Positions 35,087 to 48,110 of a stretch of DNA of 64,000 bases are shown piece after piece. Within the stretch, counting starts at the first letter, position 1. Each line of letters starts with the position of its first letter. The position numbers and the translations under genes were made by a program. This DNA comes from Chara braunii (lineage: Eukaryota; Plantae; Charophyceae): assembly GCA_003427395.1 (NCBI GenBank), contig BFEA01000003.1:3940440-4004439 (forward strand). The letters are read 5' to 3'. The notes beneath the pieces were generated by a model. That model ran no database searches, was not told the DNA's origin, and saw nothing but the letters and a program-made list of their open reading frames with translations.

Positions 35087-38000
35087 TGTAAGAAAGGGAA
35101 GAAGCACCCTCCCAGCCCCCGAATCCCTGAGAAACCCAAGCGCCAGACAGAGAAGAGGAGGCACTTGCATCGAGAGCGAGTGGTCCACTTAGATCTGGTG
35201 CGTTTTGTCTAAATCTTGGCGGAGCGGGCTCGACGGGGGCGTCGAGAGGAGGTCTGGGCTTGTTTGTCGGGCGACCGAAGGTTAGCCGACCGCCCTAATA
35301 CCGCGAGATTGGCCCGTAAAAAAGTTGTCTGCGAAGGAATCGGCCGAGAGTTTTGTCCGACCAACCGGGAGAAATTAGGGTAGTCAGATCACCCCTAATT
35401 TTGGATGTGTCGACCATTAGGACTAGTCCTAGAAATGGATGAGAGGGGCTACCTCTTCCGCCACGCTGAGGTCCACCTCTTTTCCACCGACTCCAGGCCG
35501 TTTCCCGAACGACCGGCCGCGGGACATTGAATTGAGAGTAGGCTTTGGCAAGACCTTTAAACGGTGTCCAATAGACGCGAGGACGGGGCCCATATTTAAT
35601 TAAATTTAATATTAAAATTAAAAATGTGAAAAAGAATTAAAACCAAACGTAGAGGGAAGAAAAACAAAATATTCATTAAATTATTTGAAAACGTCATTAT
35701 TTAAAATTTAATGGGGTCGCCCTCATTTATCGACATTTCAGGTAATAAAATTAAAAACATGAAAAATAATCAAAAGCAATTAAAGGAGGAAGAAAACAAG
35801 GGATTTTTGTTATTTAGTCAGATTTAATCGGAATTAAATTCTGACGGGATTGTTTTTATTATTGTTAATTTTAATAATGGAATTAAAAAATAAGAAAAGT
35901 GAATAAAAATGCAGAGAAGGAAGAAAAACCATGATTATTAGATGATTGACGGAACTTGTTCAATTTGTTCGCGATCGGAATTAATCCTGGATTATTTATT
36001 TACTCTATTTTCTAATGATCTTCATTGTTTCGCAATGATTGAGATTGATCGCATGGCCTATCTGATTTCCCGGACTTCTGGCCTTATCACGATCCATGAC
36101 CTATGAGTGTGTGTGTTATCGGTGTGGATGTAAATGGCTGCCGTAGTGTTACCGTTGTTTTACCTCGGTTGAGCTGCTCGACTTCGTTGTGTCAGTGTGG
36201 CCGCTGCTCCGGTAGAGACATGAGGTTTGGGGGAGGTTCGGAACTGCTACGGCAGGGCTACGTGGGTTCGATATCGGCATGCTTCAGGTCCGACATTGGG
36301 CACGGCATCAGCATTTCACGGTTGTCTCATGCTCAGTAATGGCTCGGCATCATTGAGGTACATACTGCAGATCAATTTCAGGTTTGGTATTGGTTCGGCA
36401 TCAGCGTGATTCAGTTCACTGCAGTTCGGGACAGAGGACACAAGTTCGATATTAATATTCGGAGCTGGTGGTTTACAGTAATACGTTTGATTATTCTTTG
36501 TGGTAACGGACGACGGGCTACCCTTTCATTTTGATCTGGCCTTTGATCCTGTGCAGTAAAGCCCTGGCGCAGTATTCCGGTGCCTGGTACAACACTGAGT
36601 GGCTCAGCACTGTTGTGGTACCTGGCCCTAGTGAGCTGGTTGGTATTACCGGAGCGGGTCACCTTCTGGGCCTGGTGCTCCGGGGCTGCCGAAACGTCGA
36701 AGTCTGGTCCCGCGGCTTCCTAGGGCCTGGGAGTGGTCTGGTGAGAAAAGTATGTCCTAGCGGAGATATATGAGTGAGCTGGCCAGAGAACGGGGGGAAG
36801 ATACTTTCATTTGGTAGTGCGCCAGGCGTCCGCGGCCCACATCAGCTCGATTGACTTCAGACGGAGAGGACTGGCGCGCCTGGCGTGCTCAGCCCAAACC
36901 GCCAGTCTGGGGCAAGGCGCAGGTAGCCGTTGACGGATATGAGATGAGGGAATGACTGGACTAAGAACAGGGGGGGGGAAGTGCGTCAGATGTTCATCGC
37001 CTGCATCAGCCCCGGAGACTTTGAAGGGTGCGCGTTGGTGGAGGAAAGGAAAACGACGCTGAGGAGAAGGGATGAGGAATAGTATGCACGGCGTACCCAG
37101 TCCGCCTCCCGCTTCGATGTTGACAGGGACAGCGCGCTGAGGGCGTGTGATCTCGAACAGGCGTAAGCGGACAGGCTAAGGCGAGTGAAGATTCGGACCG
37201 CGCTCAGGGAAGGCGTATCTGACGTGTCCAGTATAAGTTTGTGCTCTGAACAAAGTTCAGATGATCCGTTGACAGGGTGGTTGGAAAGAGACTGGTGACC
37301 GTAGCCTGCGAATCATCTCCAAGGATCGGGTATCTTGGAAGAGAGGGGAGACTTTGTATGTGGACGAAGTACCCAGCAAATCCTCGCCCGATTCGTAGCG
37401 AGCGTTCATGACACAGGCGATTCAAACACACGGGCAGCTTTGCAGGTGGTTTTCAAGGTAAGGGTCTACCATGAAGAGAGGGACGGACACTTGCAGTTTG
37501 CACGGGCTTGATATGCCCGTTTCCCCACTGAGGAATTATAAGCGTTAATCTGCCCCGAAAAGCGGGGCCAATACATGCAGTATGCACGGGCTTGATATGC
37601 CCGTTTCTCTATTGAGCAATTACATGAGTTAATCTACCCCGAAAAGCGGGGCGTATACATTCAGATATTTGGGCTTGATATGCCCGCTGCATACTTACAG
37701 AATATCAGCTCTGAATCTGTTCTCAAAATAGGAGCGAATGCATTCAGATTTTCGGGCTTGATATGCTCGTTTCTCTACTGAGCAATTATAAGCGTCAATC
37801 TGCCCTGAAGAGCGGGGCGGACACTTGCAGTTTGTACGGGCTTGATGCCCGTTTCCCCACTGAGCAATTATAAGCGTTAATTTGCCCCGAAAAGCGGGGC
37901 CAATACATGCAGTCTGCATGGGCTAGATAGGCCCGTTTTTTTTTGAACAATTTAAAAGCGTTAATCTGCCCCGAAAAGCGGAAAGAAAACTTGCAGTCTG

Positions 38001-39230
38001 CATGGGCTTGATATGCCCATTTCTCTACTGAGCAATTACATGCGTTAATCTACCCCGAAAAGCGGGTCGTATACATTCAGATATTTGGGCTTGATATGCC
38101 CGCTGCACCCTTACAGAATATGAACTCTGAATCTGTTCTCAAAATCGGAGCAGATACATTCAGGTTTTCGAGTTTGATATGCCCGCCGCATCCTTCCTAA
38201 ATATAAGTTCTGAATCTGTCTCCAAAAATTGAGGCGTATACCTTCGGGTTTTTTTCGCGTGACATGTCTACTGTATTATTCTGAGAATATAAGATTGGAA
38301 TCAACTCTCGAAAGTGGGGCGATCACATACAAATTTCGAGGTTGATGTGCCCTTTTCATACGTTTCAGAACCCGAGCTTGGAAACTGTCCCCGAAAATGG
38401 GGTGAATACATCCAGACTTTGGGCGTGATATGTCGGATCATGTCTCTCACAATATAAGCGTTGTGCCTTTGGGAGCAGGGCCAACACAGTCGGATTTTGG
38501 CCTTGACAACCCCGCAGCATTCTCCTCGGATAAAGAACATCGAACCTGCCCTCGGAGAAGGGGCAAATACATCCTCGGCCTGACTGTACTTCTCCAGATT
38601 GTTAAGAACGAAATTGTTGCATAGTGGTGAAGCGAAAGAGAGAACTGTGAGGGAGGGAGAAAGAGAACAGAGACAGAGAGAGGTACAAAGAGAGAGGGGA
38701 AAAAGGAAACGATGAGTAAATAGAAAGGGAAAGAGACAACAGAAAAAGAGAGAGAAAGAGTACATCGAGAGAAAGAGAGAGAAAGGGGCGGCATATCATA
38801 AATAAAGTTGACAGAGAAAACTCCTTGTTGTGGATCTCTCTGAATTGCGAGTTGACTGTTGGAACTCACTGTAAGGTGAACTTGTGGAACCTCCTGCTGA
38901 TTGCAAAAACTCGCTGTTGTGCAAATTCCTTGCATTACTATTTGATTACTGAAACTCGTTGATGATTGGAACTTGTCGTTTTATCAGTTCACTGTCGAAA
39001 CTCTGGGTTGCACGAATTTGCAACACTATATGTTGACTGTTGAAACTCTTTGTCGTAGGAAGTCGCTAAATTAAAAAAAAAAATAAAAAAAAATAGGTAG
39101 CGTGGCAGTACGCCTTCAACCTCGACCGCTGCTGGTCGCTGAGGACATCGGAAGTGGGCGCTGCGAGTGACAGGCGTCGTGGCCCCTGGCCTCAACGAAC
39201 AGTAGGTGCCCCTCTCCGGGTTTCCTCACA
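35087..39230 (+). repeat. nested 3' LTR (left boundary uncertain)
   Basis: Right end TTCCTCACA at 39230 is firm. TGTAAGAAA at 35087 is only an imperfect inverse of the end and has no clear PPT; an alternative purine tract lies at ~36963-36981. Confidence 0.5.
37490..38460. repeat. ~84-bp tandem array (~11 copies, two subtypes) in nested 3' LTR region
   Basis: Core gggcttgatatgccc at ~37503, 37587, 37671, 37753, 37838, 37920, 38004, 38086 and onward. Confidence 0.9.
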
Positions 39231-41565
39231 ATGTGAGAGAATATATGAAAGAGACCCTAGACGTGGCACTCTGTACCATGCGTAACACCCAGAACGATGG
39301 CCCTCGAGGGAACGACAGGCCACCGCCCGGTCCACCTGTCCCGCGATGGGGAGAACGACAAAACGGATGGTGAAACGAACCTGGAGGCCAAGGGGGCTGG
39401 AGGAACGACCGGGAGATAGGGGGGAATCCTGGTCCCGATTGGGGGAATTCCCATTGGAAGGATGCTAGAGATGGAAGGTGGGGAGACGCCCCTCAAGCAA
39501 GGACTTCTGGGCCACGGTCAGAGATTAGGGCCCCACCACCGCAAACGTTGCCGCTGGCTCCTCCTGCGCCTGTAGCTGCTGCACCACAAGGGGGTCCACG
39601 TCCCAGCAACCCGCAAGCCCGAAGCGGGTGTGTCTATTGCAATCAACAGAAAAATTATCGTGAGAAATGAAAGTCGAAAAAACATTCCATAAAAAAAAAA
39701 TCCTTCATATTTATAAATTATCATTCCCATGTTTGTCAAATTCTAAAATTTTCAGTTTTATTTGATAAGTTTCCGTCTAAATATGAGCTTTCCATTCCAA
39801 CTATATTTATTTGTTCAAGATGGAATGAAAGTCTGGACGAGTTTATGAAATGTTTTAATTTAACTTTCATTCTACTACAACAAATATCTTCTAATTTAGA
39901 TTGGATTAATTTATTTATGACTGAAAATTCTTACTTAGAATGACAGTCCAATTAAAATATTTCATGAACTCATCCAGACTTTTATTCCATCTCTAGCATG
40001 CAGTTCAAATAAGAAGGGATACCCCATTATTGGAAGGAAAGTTTTCAAGTAAGACGAAAAATTTTAAAATTGGAATGACATTTTTTAAGATGGAATGAAA
40101 ATTTGAAATTTAGAATGTAATTTTACTATAGAATGGATATTTAATTCTGGGAAATTTTTCTGTTGATGAAGAAAGTCACATCAAAAGGAATTGTCTTTAT
40201 CTTACGGAGGCCTTAAGGTTAAGGGTGGTGAAGCTAAACGAGAACAAATGGGTTGTGTAGGGAGATAGTGGAGAGGCGGTCTCCTTCTACCCATCAATGA
40301 AGGTGAACGTGGACAAGAGGATGACCCTCAAGGAGGCTTGGCTAGGAAAGAAACTAGAAATAAGGAGCACCTCCAACACATCCCATATCCAAATGACGGA
40401 GTCACCTGAGGGAGTATCCATTAGAGAACCCCAGGTGTCTAACATCAAGTTCGTAGAGACTCAGCCTGAAGAAGAGAGGCCTTGCCTAAGGGTGAGAACA
40501 CAGGTTGGGGCCGAGACATCTAAAAGCCAAGAAAGCTTGACGAGAGATGCGGGTGAAAGGAGCGGTGACAACGACCAACCAATGGCCAACGCCAAGGTCG
40601 CTGAAGAAAAGAAGGAGGAACCCACTTCACCCAAATCGCCTAGGAAAAAGGGTCCTAAGAAGTTCGAAATGAAATGCACCTTGGATGAAATAGACACTGT
40701 AGGCCCCCTTAGGAGGACCCTGATGCAGCCTATGCAGTGCACGCTTTTGGAATACCTAGCCGCCAGCAAAAGCGTCAGGGAGGAGCTCCTAAGCATCACG
40801 AGGAAGGTAAGAGTCCCGCTCGCAGGGGGACCCACGGTGCGAGGGGATGGTCCGACCAAGGAAGAGGTACAGTCCTCCCACATTACTATGGAAGAACTGC
40901 CAGCAAATTTCTTCTCAGGTGAAGAAAACCAAAAATTCTATGTGTTAGGGAGCGGCCAGCTCCAGGCGGTGGTAAGTGGGAAGAAGATGAGGGCTCTAGT
41001 GGACAATGGGTCCGAATCTACGGTGTGTAGGGACTCTGTCGCGAGGGAGCTAGGGTTGGAGATAGATCGAGGGGTGTCAATGTCAATGGTAGTGGCAGAT
41101 AACAAGTTACAACCGGCGGAACGGGTGTGTCATAGCCCCGTGATAGAAGCCGCGGGCGTTGAGACCACAATCCCAATTTTTACAGTTAAAGAATGTTCCT
41201 CCGAGTTAATCCTCGGAAGAACCTGGCTGAGCGTGGTTCACACTACCAATGTTGACTTGCCGGATGAGAGCCGGACGCTCTCGATCCAAAGTCCGGATGG
41301 AATCCGAGTGGTCCTAAAGACCGTAGACGCGCAAGATGAACGCAACCGGACCAATATTCCTAGACACAAGGGGAACCAATCAAGGGTATGTCAGGTCTGT
41401 ATAGAGGAGGCGCTCTCTACGGATAAGGAACCCCAGGGAGACCGATTGGAAATTGAGGACGTCGGAAGCAGGGTCATTATCAACGGTATAGGGTACGAGA
41501 AGGAGGACGGTGAGGAGGAGTTCGGTGGATGTGTGAGCATGTCTTTTTTGGAGGAATCCCCCTAG
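39231..41565 (+). pseudogene. gag: host element gag C-terminus + protease (interrupted by MITE)
   Basis: VREYMKETL..., knuckle CVYCN[MITE]EESHIKRNC, then ORF 40297-41565 with ALVDNGSE...LILGRTWL, homologous to the nested protease. Confidence 0.9.
39644..40165. mobile_element. AT-rich MITE, 522 bp, 13-bp TIR, 2-bp TSD (AT)
   Basis: CAACAGAAAAATT ... AATTTTTCTGTTG with AT on both sides. Removing it plus one AT restores tgc aat gaa gaa agt cac atc aaa agg aat tgt. Confidence 0.9.
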
Positions 41566-44500
41566 TCGGCGGAATCAAGAAACATAAAACCATGGCGGAG
41601 AGAGTAAAATCAGCCGCGGTCAGCCGGGATAGAACGGGGGAAGCTACAATATCGGAGGAGGAGATAGTCGATATCATCCGGAAAAGGAAAGAGACTGAAG
41701 GACAAAGGATAACGGCCGATAGGTTGGCCAAGATGGATATAGGGGATGGGAACCTCACGGAGGAAGAGAAGGGATTCATAGCAATGACCCTAAGGGGTTG
41801 CGATAAGGTCATTTTCTTTGATGACTCGGAGAGAGGGAGAATCGACCCAAGGTATGCTAAGCTCACCTGGATCCACACGATCCCACACGTACCTTGGAAG
41901 GATAGGCCCCAGATGAAGTATGCTCAAAAGGAGAAGGAGGAGATAGTGGTTTTTATCAAGGAAAAGATCAGGACGTTCGTTGCGGAGCCTTGTGAGAGTG
42001 CTTACTCCAATAAGTGGTTCTTTCTGAGAAAGGGGGGTAGCAACAAACTAAGGTGGATAAAGAACCTCCAAAAGACCAACGCGGTCACTATAAGGGACGT
42101 CGGATCCATACCGGAGGCAGACCTACTTGAGGAAGGATCGGCAGGTCGCTCGATATACTCAAACTGCGATCTCTTCTCAGGGTATGACGAGATCCCCTTA
42201 GACTATCGCGATAGGCATATGACAGTCATGCATACGCCTCTAGGGCTGGTCCAAATGATGGTGGTACCCATAGGGTGGACGAATGGCATGGCAGTGTTCC
42301 AAAGGGCTATGATTGCGGTCCTCAAGGAGTTCATACCTGAAAAGGTGGAAGTCTTCCTTGACGACTTCCCGATAAAAGGGCCGGTCGAACGGGATGAGAC
42401 GGAGGTCTTTCTCGGGGTAAGAAGGTTCGTAGTAGACCATATGAGCGATGTCAGGGATGTCCTTGTGAAATTGGACGATGCTAACCTCACGGTGAGCGGA
42501 ACCAAGAGCCGCTGGGGCGTGTCGTCCATCAAGATATTGGGGTTCATTTGTGACAAGGGTGGGCGGAGGCCCGACCCTGAGAAATTAGAGAAACTGATGA
42601 CCTGGCCATCGCCACTCAAGTCCATAACGGAGGTCAGGCAGTTTCTAAGGGTAGTGGGCTACTTGAGAATCTTCATAAAAGGGTACGGTGAGAAAGCGGA
42701 ACCTCTTAGCCGACTTCTTAGGAAGACGGAAGGATGGATTTGGGGAGAGGAACAAGCCTCGGCCATGGAAGCCTTGAAAGAGGAATTCCGCGAAGGGGGG
42801 CAGGTCCTAGGAGTTCCATTCTTCGAAGACGAGGAGGGTCGCCCATTTATAATTTCCACGGATGCGGGGCCTAACTCGGTAGGAGGCCTCCTGTCTCAAA
42901 AGGACGGAGAAGGGAAGGAGAGGCCGTTGCGATTCGAGAGCAGGACCTTGAACCCCGCCGAACGGAGTTATAGCCAATTCAAGAAAGAAGTGTTGGGGGT
43001 GCTAGATTGTCTAAAGGCTTTTCGCCATTATCTATACGGGCGACGATTTCTCCTAAGGGTGGATCCGACAGCATTGGCCGCGGTCCTTCAAAAGGATTTT
43101 TCGGTGACCGATCCGACCATCGCCCGCTGGATGATTCATATTAGGCTTTACGACTGCAGGGTCGAGAGGATATCGGGCTCCAAAAATCAGGTTGCGGACG
43201 GTTTGTCCCGGCTTCCCATTCGAGAGGGGGACCTACAGAGGCTTAAGGAGGAAGCGGTAACCATGACCAAAGAAGAGGTAATGAAAATAGCCGCTAACAG
43301 GGCGCAAATAGCGGTGAGCAGCCGGGAAGAGGAAGGGACTCTGAGGACCTTTCTCGCGAATCTCTATGACGGTAAGTACCGGGACATAGGGCTGTACTTA
43401 GCCGGTAGGGAAACAGGGACCGAAAGAATCCGGCAAGAGACGCTGGGGTATTGCATGCGAGGAGGCCATCTCTTCAAGAGGCCCACCAAGTTTGCAATAC
43501 CCATGAGGGTACTGTGCGATCCGGAGGAAAGAAGGGCGGTCATAAAGGAACTCCACGACGGGGTCGTCGGAGGTCATAGGGGGGTGAAGGGTACGTTCGA
43601 TAAGGTCCGTAGGCTTTATTGGTGGGACGGACAATACACGAAAGTAGAGAAATACTGTTCAACGTGTGAAGTTTGTCAGAAGAGGGCGATGGTTTGGTAC
43701 AAAGAACCCTTAGTTCCATCGCTTCCCACAGTTCCGAGTGAGAAGGTCCACGTAGACTTAGTAACCATGCCAAAAGTGGTCGGCGAACTTCAATATATAA
43801 TCAACGCCCGGGATGACCTTACCGGGTTCGTAGAAGCAAAGGTCATTAACCACCGCTTCCCACAGTTCCGGGTGGAGAGGGGTCACCAGACGCCTGTGGA
43901 CGCTCTAGCAAAGTGGTGCAAAGGCCACGCGGAACAATGGTCGAGGTACTTGCAGTACGCGGTTTGGGCCGATAATATCACGGTCAAGTCTAGTACGGGG
44001 TACCGTCCTTAGACCCTTTGGTTCGGTAGGCACTGTCCCTTACCCATCGAGTTCCACATTGACACTTGGACGAGTGTCTCGTGGAAAACCAACATGTCTA
44101 GGGATGAACTGTTGGAGGCACGGATACAAAAACCGGGGTAACCGCGGCCAGTGAGAACGTCGAGAGAGAGAGGGTGAAAGGAAAAGATAGGTGGGACAAA
44201 AATCTGCAGGTCCGAAAGGCGCCGATAGGGGTTAACAACCTAGTACTGATGTACGATTCGTCACTAGAAAAAACCTGGAGCCGGAAATTGGCGAACCGAT
44301 GGATGGGGCCGTATAAGGTCGTAAAGGGACTTGATGGAGGGGCTTGCATGCTCGTGGAATTAGATGGGAGTAGGCTACGAAACCCTATCACAGGGGCTCG
44401 TCTCAAAATCTTTCGATCGAGAGGGACCCTTGGAGAAGAGTCGGGGCGGAAAGGAAAAGAAGTTATTGACACGGAGGTGAGCGTAACCCACGAAAAGGGG

Positions 44501-44632
44501 GAGACCTCCAAACAAGGAGCCTCTTCTCGACCCCCAAAGAAAGGGTATAAGGTTCGAAAAACTGCCCTNCCACGAAAAGGGGGAGACCTCCAAACAAGGA
44601 GCCTCTTCTCGACCCCCAAAGAAAGGGTATAA
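41529..44632 (+). pseudogene. pol: host element pol: RT-RNase H-integrase (IN core partly deleted)
   Basis: 827-aa ORF with FLDD RT, TDAG..E..D..ADGLSR RNase H and HHCC. The IN core lacks ~55 aa including the second Asp. C-terminal RWMGPYKV lies in 44174-44632. Confidence 0.95.
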
Positions 44633-45183
44633 GGTTCGAAAAACTGCCCTACCAAAGACCCCTACGAAGAAGAAACGACCGAGGGAGGATGACGGAGATA
44701 CTGACCGATTGAGGAAACACCGGTTGAACGAAAGGAGGAATGCGTCTAGGAAGGCCCTAAGACTCAAACGTGAGAGAGAGGAGAGAAAACGGAAGAGAGA
44801 GAGGCGCGATAAGAGGATGAGGAGACGCAGACAGGCGTAAAAAGGGAGAGGAGAGTGATGTACCGTAGTTAGAAAAACGTGTTATGAGAAAGGTGATATG
44901 TCGGAGGGAAAATTGTACCATAATGTACCATAGTTAGAGAAATGGGTGTCGTGAAGGGCAATGAGTCGCAATCCCAAGAAGGTATTGTACCATAGACCGG
45001 TGTCGTAGGGTTGGAATGTGTCGTGGGTCATGGAAGGCGTCGTGACAAAACAGTGGGAAAGGGGCAGCATGATTTAACCAGGGAAATGGGATGAAACAGG
45101 AGAAACATTTCGGGGGTAAACATTGGGCAAAGGGCAACGAGAGGGACTCGTCGGGGACAGCGAGAACTGGGGTGTGGGCTGGT

Positions 45184-47924
45184 TGTCGGGCGGCTGCCTA
45201 CCAGCTGATGGTTTTTTTTCTTAAATATAGGAAACATTTTCTTTCTTTGCTGTTTTTTGCGTGGTTTTGACGTATGCATGCGTGTGAGTATGCTGTTTTT
45301 GGATGTCCTCGGGCTTCCGGGCCTTCATAACTAACCCTTCGATTGACCGAAGTGGTGTTCCGAATCTTGGTCGCAAGCGGGCTCGGACGGATCATGAAAG
45401 ACGAGAGTTTTCGGAATTGGAAACTGAAAATGCGGGGCAGACGATGTACATCTGAATGGGCCTTGGACGGAACAAGAGCGGGCAGCCGGTGAAAGTCCAA
45501 AACTTCTGTCGTGTGCATGGTCTGCGGTGCCGGGAGATCGAATGGAACGTCACGATGGCCGACGCGATCCTGATGTTGAGGCCGCACCGGAAGGCGCCCA
45601 CGGCCTCATGGTGCAAGTTAAAGGATCAGGAATAAAGAAACTAATGGCTTGCGAGGCGGGCTGGTCTACTATGAGCACAGATACTCCTCGCCGGGGGCAC
45701 GAGCTGGGGTGTTCCGGGCCCAAGAAGGGGCGTTGACCGAGTTGGGACAGATCACCACCAAATCTGGGAGGGGAAAACTACGGCGGCCTGAGGCCGACCC
45801 CGTATCTAGGCGGTCTGGAATGGCCAGGTGTAAGAACCGCACGGAGGAAAGTGGAAGTCAAAGGGGAGAGGGGGCTCAGGCAGACTCCATTTTTCATCAG
45901 GGCAGCCAAAAGGCTAGTGGCGACACCAGGGCCTGGCGACTATGCCACCGGCTTGGAGGCCGACCTTTTGCATACCATGAATATCCTGAATAGTGTCGTC
46001 CGACCTGCACCTTTACGAACGATGCTGCAGCAATCCGGAGCATGAATGCTGCACGAAGCCGGGAAGAATGGCTGACTAAGTAATCAAGCCAGTTGGGTAC
46101 TCGCTTCAACGGCCGAAACTTGAAGGAGGTAGCGGATGAGGAAGAAGAGAAGAACGACCGATAGGCGAAGAAACGGCGGTTGGAGGAAAGGAACCGCTCA
46201 CCGGTTGTCAACGGTGCTGAGAGCTGGTCGAAACCGAAGCCGAAAAACGGACAGGCTCGCGCCGTCCTTTGGATGAAATGGAGGTGAGGAAGGAGGGGTT
46301 TCCGAACGAGTGGAGGCGCTTGATACGGGCAGTCAGAGGCCGTTCGTCTGAGGGACTCGCCGGATGAGGAGGCAAGAAACTGAGGGAGACCTCGTCTGAT
46401 GACAAAAGCAGGAAGTTATGGCGCGTACTGGGACTTGTGGCGAAAGGCACGCCGAGAGAAGGACTCGTGGGACCGGATTAACGTGGTGGCGGGGGCTACG
46501 GCTCGCGAAGGGGCTAGCCACGAAGATTTTTCGGAGATGGTTGCAGGACCATCGCTGGATCAGGGGAGGGGCTTCAAAAGTGGGGGCCTTTGATCCGGAT
46601 AACCAGCAGGGAAGAGGGCGGAACCCGAGATTTCGGCGTAACATGTGTAAATTGAAAAGAGGGAATCTGGTGCAACCGCGCGCAGAAGCCAGCTTGAGGA
46701 TGACAGTCACGGCATAAGCGCATACGACCCACCGTGCGGGAGTTTGACTGGCTCATGGAAAGACCGACTGTATAACGAGGGAGTTCTGGGTCTGGTTGAT
46801 GAGAGGAGAGGAGCCGGCGGAACAAGACGACCGGGTGGGGAGTCGAAGCGAACTGGATAAGAAAAACGGGGAGGGCGAGGATACATCGCTCAAGGACAAG
46901 AAGCGCTAAGGGAATGAGAGCGCTCACCAAGCGGTTCGGAATGAGGGCGCGGCGCGCGGTTCTTGATAACCATCGGGAAGAGAAAACTACTCTGCTAAGG
47001 AGCAATGGCGGATTGCCTGACATCACCTCTCCAAGGGGCCCGCCTAGCTGGAGAAAAAAGGGGGGGAGCGGACTGCGAACCGTCGCACAGGAGGAAAGTG
47101 CACGGATTTTTGCAGGAGATCTTGGGCGAGCGGGTCTTGAGCAAAGAGGGGGGGGTTTTCTCGTGGGCTGAGAACAGCGGCAGGAAAAATGGTTGAAGAT
47201 GAGCGCCTCCGCGCTCGCTAGCCTCCGAGGAAACGAAGAAGGAACGACAAATGAAAGGAGTGAGAAGGGAAATATGAGGGAGAGAAGCCAGCGACTCGAG
47301 CGCGAAGAGGGATTGGATGGGTAAGAGAACGGAGGATCGAGGGAGAGACAGCGGGAAGACGAAAATTTCGCGAAAACCTCGAAATTCTCCCGCCCATACT
47401 AAAGCTATCACGACGCGGACAGCTAGAGTTGGCCGGGCCGAGAGTATATAAGGGGAAAAGGAGAGAAGGGGGGGGGGTGCACGAAGAGCACGATCGGGAG
47501 CACGAGAGATTCTATGTGCGCACAAGCGAAAGACGGTCTCGTACGGGGTAGTGCTCGGCGTCCAAGAGAAAAGGAGAGAGGAAGAGATAAAGAAAGGGAG
47601 TTCTGCGCTCGTGCGCTCGAAAGAGAGAGGAAGAGAGCCCTCCGTTCGTGAACTCGGGAGAGAGAGAAGGAAAGCCCCAAGCACGCGGGCTCGTTCGAAA
47701 GGGGGAGAGGGAGAAGTGCGCTCGCACGCTCGTTAGAGAGAGAGAGAGAGAGAGAGAGTGGGAAACAGAGTTTCTCGCTTGTGCGTTCGAGAGAGGGAGA
47801 AGGTGAACTCTGCGCTCGCATGCTCGTGAGAGAGAGAGAGAGAGAGGGAGGGAAAAGAGAGTTTTGCGCTCGTGCGCTCGAGAGAGGGAAAGAGAGTTCC
47901 GCGAGCTCAGAGCTCGTGCGCTCG

Positions 47925-48015
<91 letters not shown>

Positions 48016-48037
48016 NNNNNNNNNNNNNNNNNNNNNN

Positions 48038-48110
<73 letters not shown>

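Larger units (their letters stand above)
19659..39230 (+). mobile_element. nested giant Ty3/gypsy LTR retrotransposon, same lineage, 5' LTR truncated
   Basis: Direct repeat 19659-20408 = 38483-39230, ending TTCCTCACA. PBS follows the first copy; it has its own gag/PR/RT/RH/IN, and host gag resumes at 39231. Confidence 0.92.

Noticed and set aside
44489-44650. Exact ~80-bp tandem duplication at the end of host integrase
   Set aside because: The copies are identical and separated by a single N, which is typical of a contig-overlap artefact.
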